This document shows, piece by piece, positions 56,236 to 64,000 of a DNA stretch of 64,000 nt. Every line of letters begins with the position of its first letter. Position 1 is the first letter of the stretch. The position numbers and the translations under genes were made by a program. The DNA comes from Patescibacteria group bacterium (lineage in GTDB: Bacteria; Patescibacteriota; Patescibacteriia; UBA1558; GWA2-36-10). The notes beneath the pieces are model-generated. The model made no database searches and was not told where the DNA came from. It worked only from the letters and a program-made list of their open reading frames with translations. Where the stretch lies: contig JBAZKN010000002.1 in assembly GCA_041650755.1 (NCBI GenBank), positions 69,030 to 133,029 of the forward strand, given 5' to 3'.

Positions 56236-56793
56236 ATGGGATCTTTTAGTGATTTGAAGCTTGGCCGTGTTTTGGTATTTAATGCCGAGCCATATCAGGT
56301 AGTGTTTAACCAGCATATCAAGCAAGCTCGAGGCGGAGCAGTTGTAAAGACTAAATTGAAAAATTTGGTCAATGGCAATACTCTGGAAAAGACTTTTTCT
56401 GGGTCTGATAATATTGAACTAGCTGACTTAGCTCACCGGCAAGCAAATTTTCTTTATGTCCAAGATGCGAATTATTTTTTTATGGACACTCAGGATTTTG
56501 AACAATTTCAATTTGATAAAGAATCTTTGGGCGAGGCAGTCAAATATTTGAAAGATGGTCAAGAGGTAGATGTATTATTTTTTAACAACAAGCCAGTGGC
56601 CGTAGATATGCCAGCTAAGATTACTTTGACAGTAGCCTCTGCGCCAGAAGGCGTCAAAGGCAATAGCGCTGGTGCAGTGACAAAGGTAGTCACTTTGGAA
56701 ACCGGCTGTGAGGTGCGCACGCCATTATTTATAAAGACTGGCGATCAGATAATCATTAATACAGAAACCGGCGAATACGTCTCGCGCGCTTAA
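56236..56793 (+). CDS. efp: Elongation factor P
   Basis: KTKLKNL..G, YFFMD...FEQ, GVKGNS, LETG....PLFI..G....INT.TGEY..R. Confidence 0.95.
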   Translation: MGSFSDLKLGRVLVFNAEPYQVVFNQHIKQARGGAVVKTKLKNLVNGNTLEKTFSGSDNIELADLAHRQANFLYVQDANYFFMDTQDFEQFQFDKESLGEAVKYLKDGQEVDVLFFNNKPVAVDMPAKITLTVASAPEGVKGNSAGAVTKVVTLETGCEVRTPLFIKTGDQIIINTETGEYVSRA

Positions 56794-56815
56794 AAATAAG
56801 ATATTTTAAAAAACC

Positions 56816-56849
56816 AATAAACCCTGCACCGTATGGTGCAGGGTTTATT
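56816..56849 (+). terminator. Intrinsic terminator after efp
   Basis: Perfect hairpin AATAAACCCTGCACC-GTAT-GGTGCAGGGTTTATT. Confidence 0.8.
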
Positions 56850-56904
56850 ATTGGCGAGCGATGGCAAAATATGTTATAATATAGGAAATAACAGACACAA
56901 AATA

Positions 56905-58128
56905 ATGGCTGATTTTAATCAAGCTAATGCTCAGGTAATAGATCGGGATTGGTTGGATGATTTGTTGATCAAAGAACCAAGCGGTCGCTTGCATTCCTTT
57001 CGACAAAGTAGCCCCAGCGACGAATTTAAGGTGGCTTTCCCCAAAGGTTCAGCTGCTGTGAAGCCATTGCAGGATTTTGATGTGCCGATGCCGCCAAGTA
57101 TTTATGTTGCTCCGGCTGACGATAGCTTCAATTGGCAGACGATAGTGGGGCACCCGCAGGCAAAAGCTAGTTTGGTGTTTCATCCTGATGACGAAGAACA
57201 CCTTTCTCAAATAATGCCCAATGTGCCGATTGATGAAAGTAAAAAATATAGCCTTGATAAGATAGTTGCTCGTTTGATAGCCAAACAACAATTGAGCCTG
57301 GACCAGGCAAATAAAGAATTATTGACCAATGTTTTGTTTGACTTTTTTCGTAACCGCAAAAACAGTCAAACTGCCAGAGAATATCTGGCCGGCAAATTAC
57401 TTTTGGCTGGTCAACCTATCAGCGTTGGCGATTTAGACACAATTTTATCTGTAGTCAAAAGCATTAAGGCCAATATTGAAGCGGTGGGTGGCTTAGTGGT
57501 CAAGGACGATTTTTTGACCTCGTCCTCTCAATTTAAGCCAGTGGAGCCGGTAGCTAAGACGGATTTACCTACCGTACCAGAGCCTCCCAAGATAGAACCG
57601 GCAGAGTTATCACCTCAGAAGACTATTGAGCCAGAGCCAAAATTATCACCCAAAGTTGAAGCCCCGACTCTAGCTGTAAAAATAGAAGCAGATTTACCCA
57701 AAGTTAATCGTCCGCCAGTTGATCAAGAGGTAAAACCAAAAATTTCTGATGTAAAGAATAAGCCAATTGCCACTGCTGCTAGGTCAGCGCCTGCTAGCAA
57801 AGTTTTGGTCGGACCGGTGCAGGAACTGGAGAGTATGACCTTGGCTAATTTTAGGCGACTAGGAGCAAGCGCAGTCGATCGGGCAGAAAAAATTCACAGC
57901 AAGATATCAATTTTAGAAAAAGATTCTATTACCAAAAAATCTTTGGGGATTGCTGCTTGGCGCAAAAGCCCGGTTTATAGGCTATATTTGGATTTGGGCG
58001 CGGCTAGCCTAGTGCAAAACAAAGAGATTGCTACCCTGGTTCAAGAGCAGGCCAACCAGGGCGTAGCTACTTTAAGTTGGGAAGAGTTTAATGCCATTGG
58101 TGATTTAAATAAATTATTACGTTTTTAA
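56905..58128 (+). CDS. Hypothetical protein with Pro-rich linker, first gene of the PrgI/VirB4 operon
   Basis: Likely start ATG 56905 after TATAAT; Pro/Glu/Lys-rich centre; ends 3 bp before the PrgI gene. Confidence 0.8.
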   Translation: MADFNQANAQVIDRDWLDDLLIKEPSGRLHSFRQSSPSDEFKVAFPKGSAAVKPLQDFDVPMPPSIYVAPADDSFNWQTIVGHPQAKASLVFHPDDEEHLSQIMPNVPIDESKKYSLDKIVARLIAKQQLSLDQANKELLTNVLFDFFRNRKNSQTAREYLAGKLLLAGQPISVGDLDTILSVVKSIKANIEAVGGLVVKDDFLTSSSQFKPVEPVAKTDLPTVPEPPKIEPAELSPQKTIEPEPKLSPKVEAPTLAVKIEADLPKVNRPPVDQEVKPKISDVKNKPIATAARSAPASKVLVGPVQELESMTLANFRRLGASAVDRAEKIHSKISILEKDSITKKSLGIAAWRKSPVYRLYLDLGAASLVQNKEIATLVQEQANQGVATLSWEEFNAIGDLNKLLRF

Positions 58129-58131
58129 TAT

Positions 58132-58596
58132 ATGCAAAATAGGTTTATTGTACCGCAATTTATTGATGCTGAAGACAAGATCTGGGGGCCCTTGACCGTC
58201 AGGCAGTTTGTGATCATGATTTTAGGCGGTTTATTCATATTCTTGAGCTACAAGTTGTCTGATTTTACTTTATTTTTATTCCAAACGGTAGTTATTATTT
58301 TGTTGGTTGTGGTGCTGGCCTTTTTGAAAATAAATGGCGCCCCTTTTCACATGTTTTTATTGAATGTTATTCAAACAATCAAGCGTCCTTGGGTCAGAAT
58401 TTGGCACAAAGAATATATTAAAGTGGAAGACTTTCGGGATAAAGGGGAGCTAATAAAAGAAGAGCCAATCCCCCAAAAAACTTTTTTACCCAATAAAAAA
58501 TTATCAGAATTATCTTTAATTATTGACACTGGCGGCGTATACAAAGGCGAGTCAGAAGCCAATATTATAAATAGCACCACAGCGATTAAAAAATAA
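58132..58596 (+). CDS. PrgI family (VirB3-like) membrane protein
   Basis: F.VPQFID.EDKI.GPLT.RQF, two TMs, AF.KING.PF. Confidence 0.85.
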   Translation: MQNRFIVPQFIDAEDKIWGPLTVRQFVIMILGGLFIFLSYKLSDFTLFLFQTVVIILLVVVLAFLKINGAPFHMFLLNVIQTIKRPWVRIWHKEYIKVEDFRDKGELIKEEPIPQKTFLPNKKLSELSLIIDTGGVYKGESEANIINSTTAIKK

Positions 58597-58599
58597 TAT

Positions 58600-59286
58600 A
58601 TGAAGAACAAAAAATTAGCTGGCAATCGGCCATCCACTTCGACGCAGAGATTTTTGGATATTGCTGAAATTAGAGACGATATGGTTGTTTTAAATGACGG
58701 CACAGTCCGGGGAGTTTTATTGGTCTCTTCTATCAATTTTGATTTGAAATCAGAGGATGAACAAGCAGCTATTATTAGTGGCTATGTCAGCTTTTTAAAT
58801 ACTTTAGACTACCCTTTACAGATTGTGATCCAATCGCGCCCTTTAAATATTGATGATTATTTTGGCCGTTTGAAAAAAGTGGAAAAGGAGCAAACCAACG
58901 AATTGCTGCGTATGCAAACAGCTGATTATCGACAATTTGTGGAAGAGCTTTTGACCTTGGAAAAGATTATGAGCAAGCGTTTTTATATTGTAGTGCCATA
59001 TAATTCAGCTGGCGATAAGAGTAGAAAGTTTACCAATCGTTTTGCCGCGGTTTTTTCTACTGCTAAAGTAGTGCGTTTGAGCCGCAAGCGTTTTACTGAA
59101 TTTAGCAACCAGCTGACCAAGCGCTGCAATTTTATTCAGGCAGGTTTAAACTCATTGGGTCTGCGCAGCCAACGCTTAAATACCCAGGCCTTGATTGAAT
59201 TATATTACAACAGCTATAACCCGAATATTTTCCAAAAACAACCGCTAGAAGATATAAATAAGCTAAATTTAGAAACCAATGTTTGA
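58600..59286 (+). CDS. TraC/VirB4 N-terminal-like protein
   Basis: STQ.FL.I.EIRD.., VSSINF.LKS.DEQ.AI...Y..FLN.L..P.QI..QSR; lies between PrgI and VirB4. Confidence 0.75.
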   Translation: MKNKKLAGNRPSTSTQRFLDIAEIRDDMVVLNDGTVRGVLLVSSINFDLKSEDEQAAIISGYVSFLNTLDYPLQIVIQSRPLNIDDYFGRLKKVEKEQTNELLRMQTADYRQFVEELLTLEKIMSKRFYIVVPYNSAGDKSRKFTNRFAAVFSTAKVVRLSRKRFTEFSNQLTKRCNFIQAGLNSLGLRSQRLNTQALIELYYNSYNPNIFQKQPLEDINKLNLETNV

Positions 59287-61186
59287 AGCTAATAAAATCA
59301 AGCAAGCGACAGCTACCCCTAATCAAAATGATCAGATAGAGGCTAGATTGGCGGCTTATAAAAATCAAAGCGCCAAGACTAATGCCGTTGAGGGGGAAAA
59401 GGAGCTTTTGGAGGCGGAGAAAGTTTTTCGCGAGGGCATAGTATCGGTGCGCGACATTATTGCCCCGGCAGCTTTTAAGGTGGACAGCGGCTTTTTGCAG
59501 CTCAATGATTGGTTTGTGCGCAGTATGTTTGTGGTGACTTATCCGCGCTATGTGACTATCGGTTGGTTTGCACCCATTATTAATGAAAGCATGACTCTGG
59601 ATATTGCCATGTTTTTCTACCCCATGGATATTAAGATTGTTTTAAAGCAATTGCGTAATAAAGTGGGTACCATGGAAGCCCAAATAATTTCTGATAATCA
59701 AAAAGGCGCACCGCGCGATCCGATTGCTGAAACCGCTCTTCGAGATATTGAGGCCCTGCGTGATTCCTTGAGTCAGGGCACAGAAAAGTTTTTTCAATTC
59801 GCCCTATATATTACTTTATATGCCAAAGATAAAGCAGAGCTAGATTTGGCTTCGGACAGGATAGAAAATTTATTGGGCACACAGCTGATTTATTCGCGAC
59901 GGGCGTTTTTTCAGGCAGAGCAGGGCTTCAACTCCACCTTGCCGTTAGGCAATGATGAGCTGTCTGTATCCACCAATATGAACAGCTCACCAATTGCTTC
60001 ATCTTTCCCCTTTGTATCTTCAGAGTTGACCTCAGATGAAGGTATTTTGTACGGTATAAATCGACACAACAACAGCTTGATATTATTTGATCGTTTTAGC
60101 TTGCAGAATGCCAATATGGTGGTGTTTGCTACTTCCGGAGCCGGCAAAAGCTATGCTATCAAACTGGAGATTTTACGCTCTTTGATGTTGGGGACAGACG
60201 TCATCGTGGTTGATCCGGAAAATGAATATCAGCATTTGTCGGAAGCTGTTAATGGTGCTTATATCAATGTTTCCCTCAACTCGGAAAGCAAATTGAATCC
60301 ATTTGATTTGCCGCGCGGTGTGGGTGGCGATGCTAAGCCCGAAGATATTTTGCGCAGCGCAGTGATCACTATTAAGGGTTTGGTAAGATTAATGATTGGC
60401 GATATCACTAATGTCGAAGATTCTCTGCTCGATAGGGCCTTGCTTGAGACTTATGCCAAAAAAGATATTACCCCGGCCAGCGATCTGAATAATATTGAGC
60501 CGCCCTTAATGTCCGATCTGGAGACAGTGCTGCTGAGCATGGAAGGTGGCGAAGATATGGCTTTGCGCTTAAAGAAATATACAGAAGGCACTTTTTCCGG
60601 GCTGTTCAATAGTCCGACCAACGTCAAAGTCAATAATCAATTGATAGTTTTTTGTATTCGTGATCTGGAAGATGAGCTGCGGCCGATCGCCATGTATGTC
60701 ATTATGAATTATATTTGGAATATTATCCGCAGTGAGATGAAAAAGAGGATTTTGGTGGTAGATGAGGCGTGGATTATGATGCGTCATGAGGATAGTGCCA
60801 AATTTATGTTTGCTCTGGTTAAACGTTGCCGCAAATATTATCTGGGTGTTACTACTATTACTCAAGATGTTAACGACTTTTTGACTTCGCCTTTTGGCAA
60901 TGCCATAGTAACCAATTCATCTATGCAGCTTTTGCTCAAACAATCGCCGGCCGCTATCAATTTAGTGCAGAAGACATTTATATTGACCGAGGGTGAAAAA
61001 TATCTCCTGTTGGAATCTGGCGTGGGCGAAGGCATATTTTTTGCTGGTGCCAAGCACGCGGCTATCAAGGTGCAGGCTTCTTATGCAGAACATCAGATCA
61101 TTACCTCTGACCCACGGCAATTATTGGAGATTGAGGAGGCTAAAAAAGAATTTGAAGAGGCAATGCTGGCTGAAGCCGAAAGGTAG
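59279..61186 (+). CDS. VirB4-like T4SS ATPase
   Basis: N.VVFATSGAGKS Walker A, VVDPENEY, ILVVDEAW Walker B, RKY, TQDV.DF. Confidence 0.9.
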   Translation: MFEANKIKQATATPNQNDQIEARLAAYKNQSAKTNAVEGEKELLEAEKVFREGIVSVRDIIAPAAFKVDSGFLQLNDWFVRSMFVVTYPRYVTIGWFAPIINESMTLDIAMFFYPMDIKIVLKQLRNKVGTMEAQIISDNQKGAPRDPIAETALRDIEALRDSLSQGTEKFFQFALYITLYAKDKAELDLASDRIENLLGTQLIYSRRAFFQAEQGFNSTLPLGNDELSVSTNMNSSPIASSFPFVSSELTSDEGILYGINRHNNSLILFDRFSLQNANMVVFATSGAGKSYAIKLEILRSLMLGTDVIVVDPENEYQHLSEAVNGAYINVSLNSESKLNPFDLPRGVGGDAKPEDILRSAVITIKGLVRLMIGDITNVEDSLLDRALLETYAKKDITPASDLNNIEPPLMSDLETVLLSMEGGEDMALRLKKYTEGTFSGLFNSPTNVKVNNQLIVFCIRDLEDELRPIAMYVIMNYIWNIIRSEMKKRILVVDEAWIMMRHEDSAKFMFALVKRCRKYYLGVTTITQDVNDFLTSPFGNAIVTNSSMQLLLKQSPAAINLVQKTFILTEGEKYLLLESGVGEGIFFAGAKHAAIKVQASYAEHQIITSDPRQLLEIEEAKKEFEEAMLAEAER

Positions 61187-61220
61187 TCCATTAATAATTT
61201 TATAAAATAGAGATAAATTT

Positions 61221-61793
61221 ATGACTGCACAAAACAGAAAAAGGATCATTATTATTTCCATAATTATTTTGGTTTTGGTCGGCATCTTTTTAATAATTTG
61301 GAGACTGACAAATTTTGGCAATCCGAGGATAGAGGATAAGACTAATGAAGCGCCAAAATTTGTGGCCCCTAGTGCCAAGCTTGAGTACAAGGATGTGCCA
61401 CCAGCTGTAAATAATACTGAATTTACCGTAATGAATTTAGCTCGTAATTATGCCGAGCGCTTTGGTAGCTGGTCGACCGATCAGCCCGGACATAATTTGG
61501 AGGAGCTTTATCCTTTGAGCACCACTAAGATGATCAAATATTTAAAAACTCTCAACACCGATACGAGCCAGAGCCAATTTTCTGGCGTTAGCACCAAAAC
61601 CATAACGGCAGAAATAGAAAATTTAAACAGTCAGACAGCTGAGGTTTTTGTGAAAACACAACGCCTAGAGACCAAAACCAGCGGTCCGGCATTAGTTGAA
61701 GACACGATTTATCAGGATATAAAAGTTAGCCTAGTAAAATCTGGTGAAGATTGGCTGGTAGACGGGGCGTATTGGCAGGAAATAAATCCATAA
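61221..61793 (+). CDS. Bitopic membrane protein, VirB8/TcpC (NTF2-like) candidate
   Basis: N-terminal TM, A..YAERFG.WS helix, C-terminal V.LVK.G..WLVD strand typical of NTF2-like folds. Confidence 0.55.
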   Translation: MTAQNRKRIIIISIIILVLVGIFLIIWRLTNFGNPRIEDKTNEAPKFVAPSAKLEYKDVPPAVNNTEFTVMNLARNYAERFGSWSTDQPGHNLEELYPLSTTKMIKYLKTLNTDTSQSQFSGVSTKTITAEIENLNSQTAEVFVKTQRLETKTSGPALVEDTIYQDIKVSLVKSGEDWLVDGAYWQEINP

Positions 61794-61796
61794 ATT

Positions 61797-62345
61797 ATGG
61801 CAGAAGTCTTAGCCAATCAAAGAAGGCAGTTTTTAGCAGATCAGAGAGAACCGGAGAGGTCAGAGCAGGGTCAGGCCGAGGGCGATGCAGTCGAGCAAGA
61901 TTTGGCTGCCGGTGAGGATGCCCGCTCGCAAGCCAGGGTTCTGCAGAGGCAACAGAAAGCTGACAAGCAGAAGTCAGCCGCCAGTCAAGTAGAGGGCCAA
62001 GTTGAGCAAGCGGTTCAGGAGCAGGCCAAGGCTGTTGCTAAGCAAAGTGTTTTGCGCTGGGTAAATGTAGCTCTGGGTTCAACTATATTATTGTTCGTTG
62101 TCACAGTCTTGATTTGGACTTTCCAGTTTATAGTTGGCAATGTATTGGAATCAAAAATCGTGCCACCACTGAAGTTGTGGGAAATCATATTGTGGCTGGC
62201 TTCACTTTTATTATTAATGGGGGTGACTTTATTGATAGTCGCCATGATCAGCTTTATGGTCAAAATCACTCATTTCGATTGGGATGCCATAAAAATTTTA
62301 GGCGAATCTCTGTGGTCTGCCTTTAAAGACGCCTTTCATTTGTAG
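61797..62345 (+). CDS. Hypothetical membrane protein (Gln/Ala-rich coiled N-terminus, two TMs)
   Basis: Tightly packed in the T4SS-like operon. Confidence 0.75.
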   Translation: MAEVLANQRRQFLADQREPERSEQGQAEGDAVEQDLAAGEDARSQARVLQRQQKADKQKSAASQVEGQVEQAVQEQAKAVAKQSVLRWVNVALGSTILLFVVTVLIWTFQFIVGNVLESKIVPPLKLWEIILWLASLLLLMGVTLLIVAMISFMVKITHFDWDAIKILGESLWSAFKDAFHL

Positions 62346-62375
62346 TAGTTTTTCAAAAGGTATTATTTTAAATTT

Positions 62376-63593
62376 ATGGATAGAAAAAAAATGCTTATTG
62401 TGCTGGGTTTTATCTTGCTAGTTTTAGTTTTGGGCTTTGCCTTGTATTGGGTATTTTTTAGGACAGCACCAACTACCGTCACCAATGAAAATTTTCAGCC
62501 AGGCAATTTGACCAATGCCGGCCCAGGCAATGTGAGCACGATTACCAATACCAACCTTAATACGGTATTGCCTTGGCAACAGTATATCAAAGATAAAGTT
62601 TCACCAGTGGCCAACGGTGGCTTGACCGAAGTCAATAAGCTGACCGATAGTACAGCTTTGGGCTTGGGCAGTGCGCCACAGGGTCTGCAGTACTACGATG
62701 CCGATAAACAGCAATTTTTCAGGATTGATGAGAATGGTCAGGTAGTTGTCTTGACTGATAAAAAGTTTTATCAAGTAAAGGATGTCACTTGGAGTAATTT
62801 GGGTGATAAGGCAATTATTGAATATCCAGATGGCGTCAAAATTCTTTATAACTTTAAGACCAATAAACAGGTTACTTTGCCCACAGAGCTGCAAAATTTT
62901 TCTTTTAATACCGCTGGTAGCCAGATTGTCGCCCAGTGGATAGGGGACAACCCAGATAATAATTGGCTGGTGACAGCCAATGAGGATGGATCTGGTATGC
63001 GGCTTCTTGAGGCTTTGGGCGATAAGGCTTATAGTACACAGATGATTTTTTCTCCGGATAGCCAAGTGGCTGCCTTGCATACAAAATATATAGATGGCGA
63101 GAGGCAGGAGGTATATCCCATTGGCTTGAATGGAGAAAATTTTAAGGCCTTTGAGGTAGCTGGCGGAGGCTTTACTGCCAAGTGGTCGCCGCAGGGCAAT
63201 AGCATGCTGTATAGTGTTTATAATAAAAATAGCGATTATATGCCTACTTTATGGATTACCAAGGGTCGGACAAATGAATTGGGCGATATCAAAGTTTCTC
63301 TTAATGTGACGACTTGGCCGGACAAGTGTACTTTCGCTGATGAGACATCTGTTTTGTGCGCTGTGCCTCAAGGCCTGCCTCGTGGAGCCGGCATATATCC
63401 GGAGATAGCCAATCAATATCCTGATGTTTTTTATCGCATAGATCTGAATAATGGCATCAAGACTCTGTTAGCCAGTCCGGTGGGCGAATCTGGCAGCTAC
63501 TCGGCGCATAATCTTTTTACTTCAGCTGATGGCTCGATTCTTTATTTTACTGATATTAATACTGGTCGCCTACAAAGCATCAAACTGAAATAA
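62376..63593 (+). CDS. Membrane-anchored TolB-like beta-propeller protein
   Basis: N-terminal TM; repeated WS..G, FS...G, FSPD, WSPQG, SADG blade signatures. Confidence 0.75.
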   Translation: MDRKKMLIVLGFILLVLVLGFALYWVFFRTAPTTVTNENFQPGNLTNAGPGNVSTITNTNLNTVLPWQQYIKDKVSPVANGGLTEVNKLTDSTALGLGSAPQGLQYYDADKQQFFRIDENGQVVVLTDKKFYQVKDVTWSNLGDKAIIEYPDGVKILYNFKTNKQVTLPTELQNFSFNTAGSQIVAQWIGDNPDNNWLVTANEDGSGMRLLEALGDKAYSTQMIFSPDSQVAALHTKYIDGERQEVYPIGLNGENFKAFEVAGGGFTAKWSPQGNSMLYSVYNKNSDYMPTLWITKGRTNELGDIKVSLNVTTWPDKCTFADETSVLCAVPQGLPRGAGIYPEIANQYPDVFYRIDLNNGIKTLLASPVGESGSYSAHNLFTSADGSILYFTDINTGRLQSIKLK

Positions 63594-63602
63594 ATATCAT
63601 TC

Positions 63603-64000
63603 ATGGTTTCAAAAAAGGGAAAATTATTGTTTTATTTCTGGGTCAACCTACTTTTTTGGTTGCCGCGTCTAGTTGGAGCGCAAGCTAGTTCAGCACCTTC
63701 TACTGACTCAGCGGCCGGTATTTTATTTAAACCCAGCATAGGCATACCCTTAGAAAATACACCATTTTCCGGAGCCACTACTACCATTACCGCTGACTCA
63801 ATAGGTCAATATATCAATGCTATCTATAGATATGGCGGTATTTTGGCCGGCGCAGTGGCTTTATTTATGCTGGTCTATGCTGGCTGGCAATGGCTGTTTG
63901 CTGCCGGTAATAGCGGCAAGATAAATCAGGCTCAAGAGACTATCCGTATGACTTTGATAGGCTTAGCCTTTTTATTTGGCGGCTATTTGTTGCTTTCTTT
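63603..64000 (+). CDS. T4SS-type pilin (VirB2/TrbC-like, CPR type), partial
   Basis: Manual translation ...IGQYINAIYRYGGILAGAVALFMLVYAGWQWLFAAGNSGKINQAQETIRMTLIGL...; open to window end. Confidence 0.8.
   Translation, partial: MVSKKGKLLFYFWVNLLFWLPRLVGAQASSAPSTDSAAGILFKPSIGIPLENTPFSGATTTITADSIGQYINAIYRYGGILAGAVALFMLVYAGWQWLFAAGNSGKINQAQETIRMTLIGLAFLFGGYLLLS

Noticed and set aside
1338-63080. Many 60-180 aa ORFs antisense to or nested in recognised genes
   Set aside because: They are shadows of confidently identified CDSs and carry no motifs or expression signals
1-64000. CRISPR array, rRNA, intact transposase, integrase or reverse transcriptase
   Set aside because: No regularly spaced direct repeats, rRNA-like segments or catalytic motifs of these enzymes were seen
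1-64000. Alternative genetic code (UGA=Gly, as in Gracilibacteria/Absconditabacteria)
   Set aside because: Long conserved genes are intact under code 11, and TGA ends genes such as infB and the dksA-like gene at expected positions
56905-64000. Integrative conjugative element or plasmid
   Set aside because: No relaxase, coupling protein, integrase or boundary repeats in the window, and the genes are interleaved with core genes; sequence beyond the right edge is unseen

Overview
Chromosomal window from a Patescibacteria/CPR bacterium, most like Parcubacteria. This is inferred from gene content and style: few Shine-Dalgarno sites, an rny-ymdB-hup operon, bS6 with a long tail, PrgI/VirB4/T4SS-pilin genes and a giant Cys-rich surface protein. 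The standard genetic code fits. 0-15 kb: housekeeping genes (dksA/traR-like, lspA, comM, hup, ymdB, rny, clpP, nrnA, rbfA, infB), a DnaA-box cluster and several promoter-driven, strongly structured intergenic RNA candidates, one leading a 54-aa membrane peptide missed by the ORF track. 15-33 kb: six solitary tRNA genes (Ile-UAU, Gly-CCC, Pro-CGG, Ala-CGC, Leu-CAG, Ser-CGA) interleaved with metG, valS, accessory cassettes, REP-like palindromes, a GIY-YIG nuclease, GC-rich orphans and a histidine-kinase remnant. 33-40 kb: LysM/M23 peptidase, a LeuRS with an inserted Nudix domain, tsaC, an MFS transporter and rsmA. 40-64 kb: a chromosomal T4SS-like locus (2767-aa Cys-rich protein, VirB6-like, PrgI, split VirB4, VirB8-like, beta-propeller, pilin) interrupted by rpsF-ssb-rpsR-efp, with no relaxase or integrase visible. 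No CRISPR array, rRNA or intact transposase was seen. All calls come from motif recognition by eye; no database searches were run.
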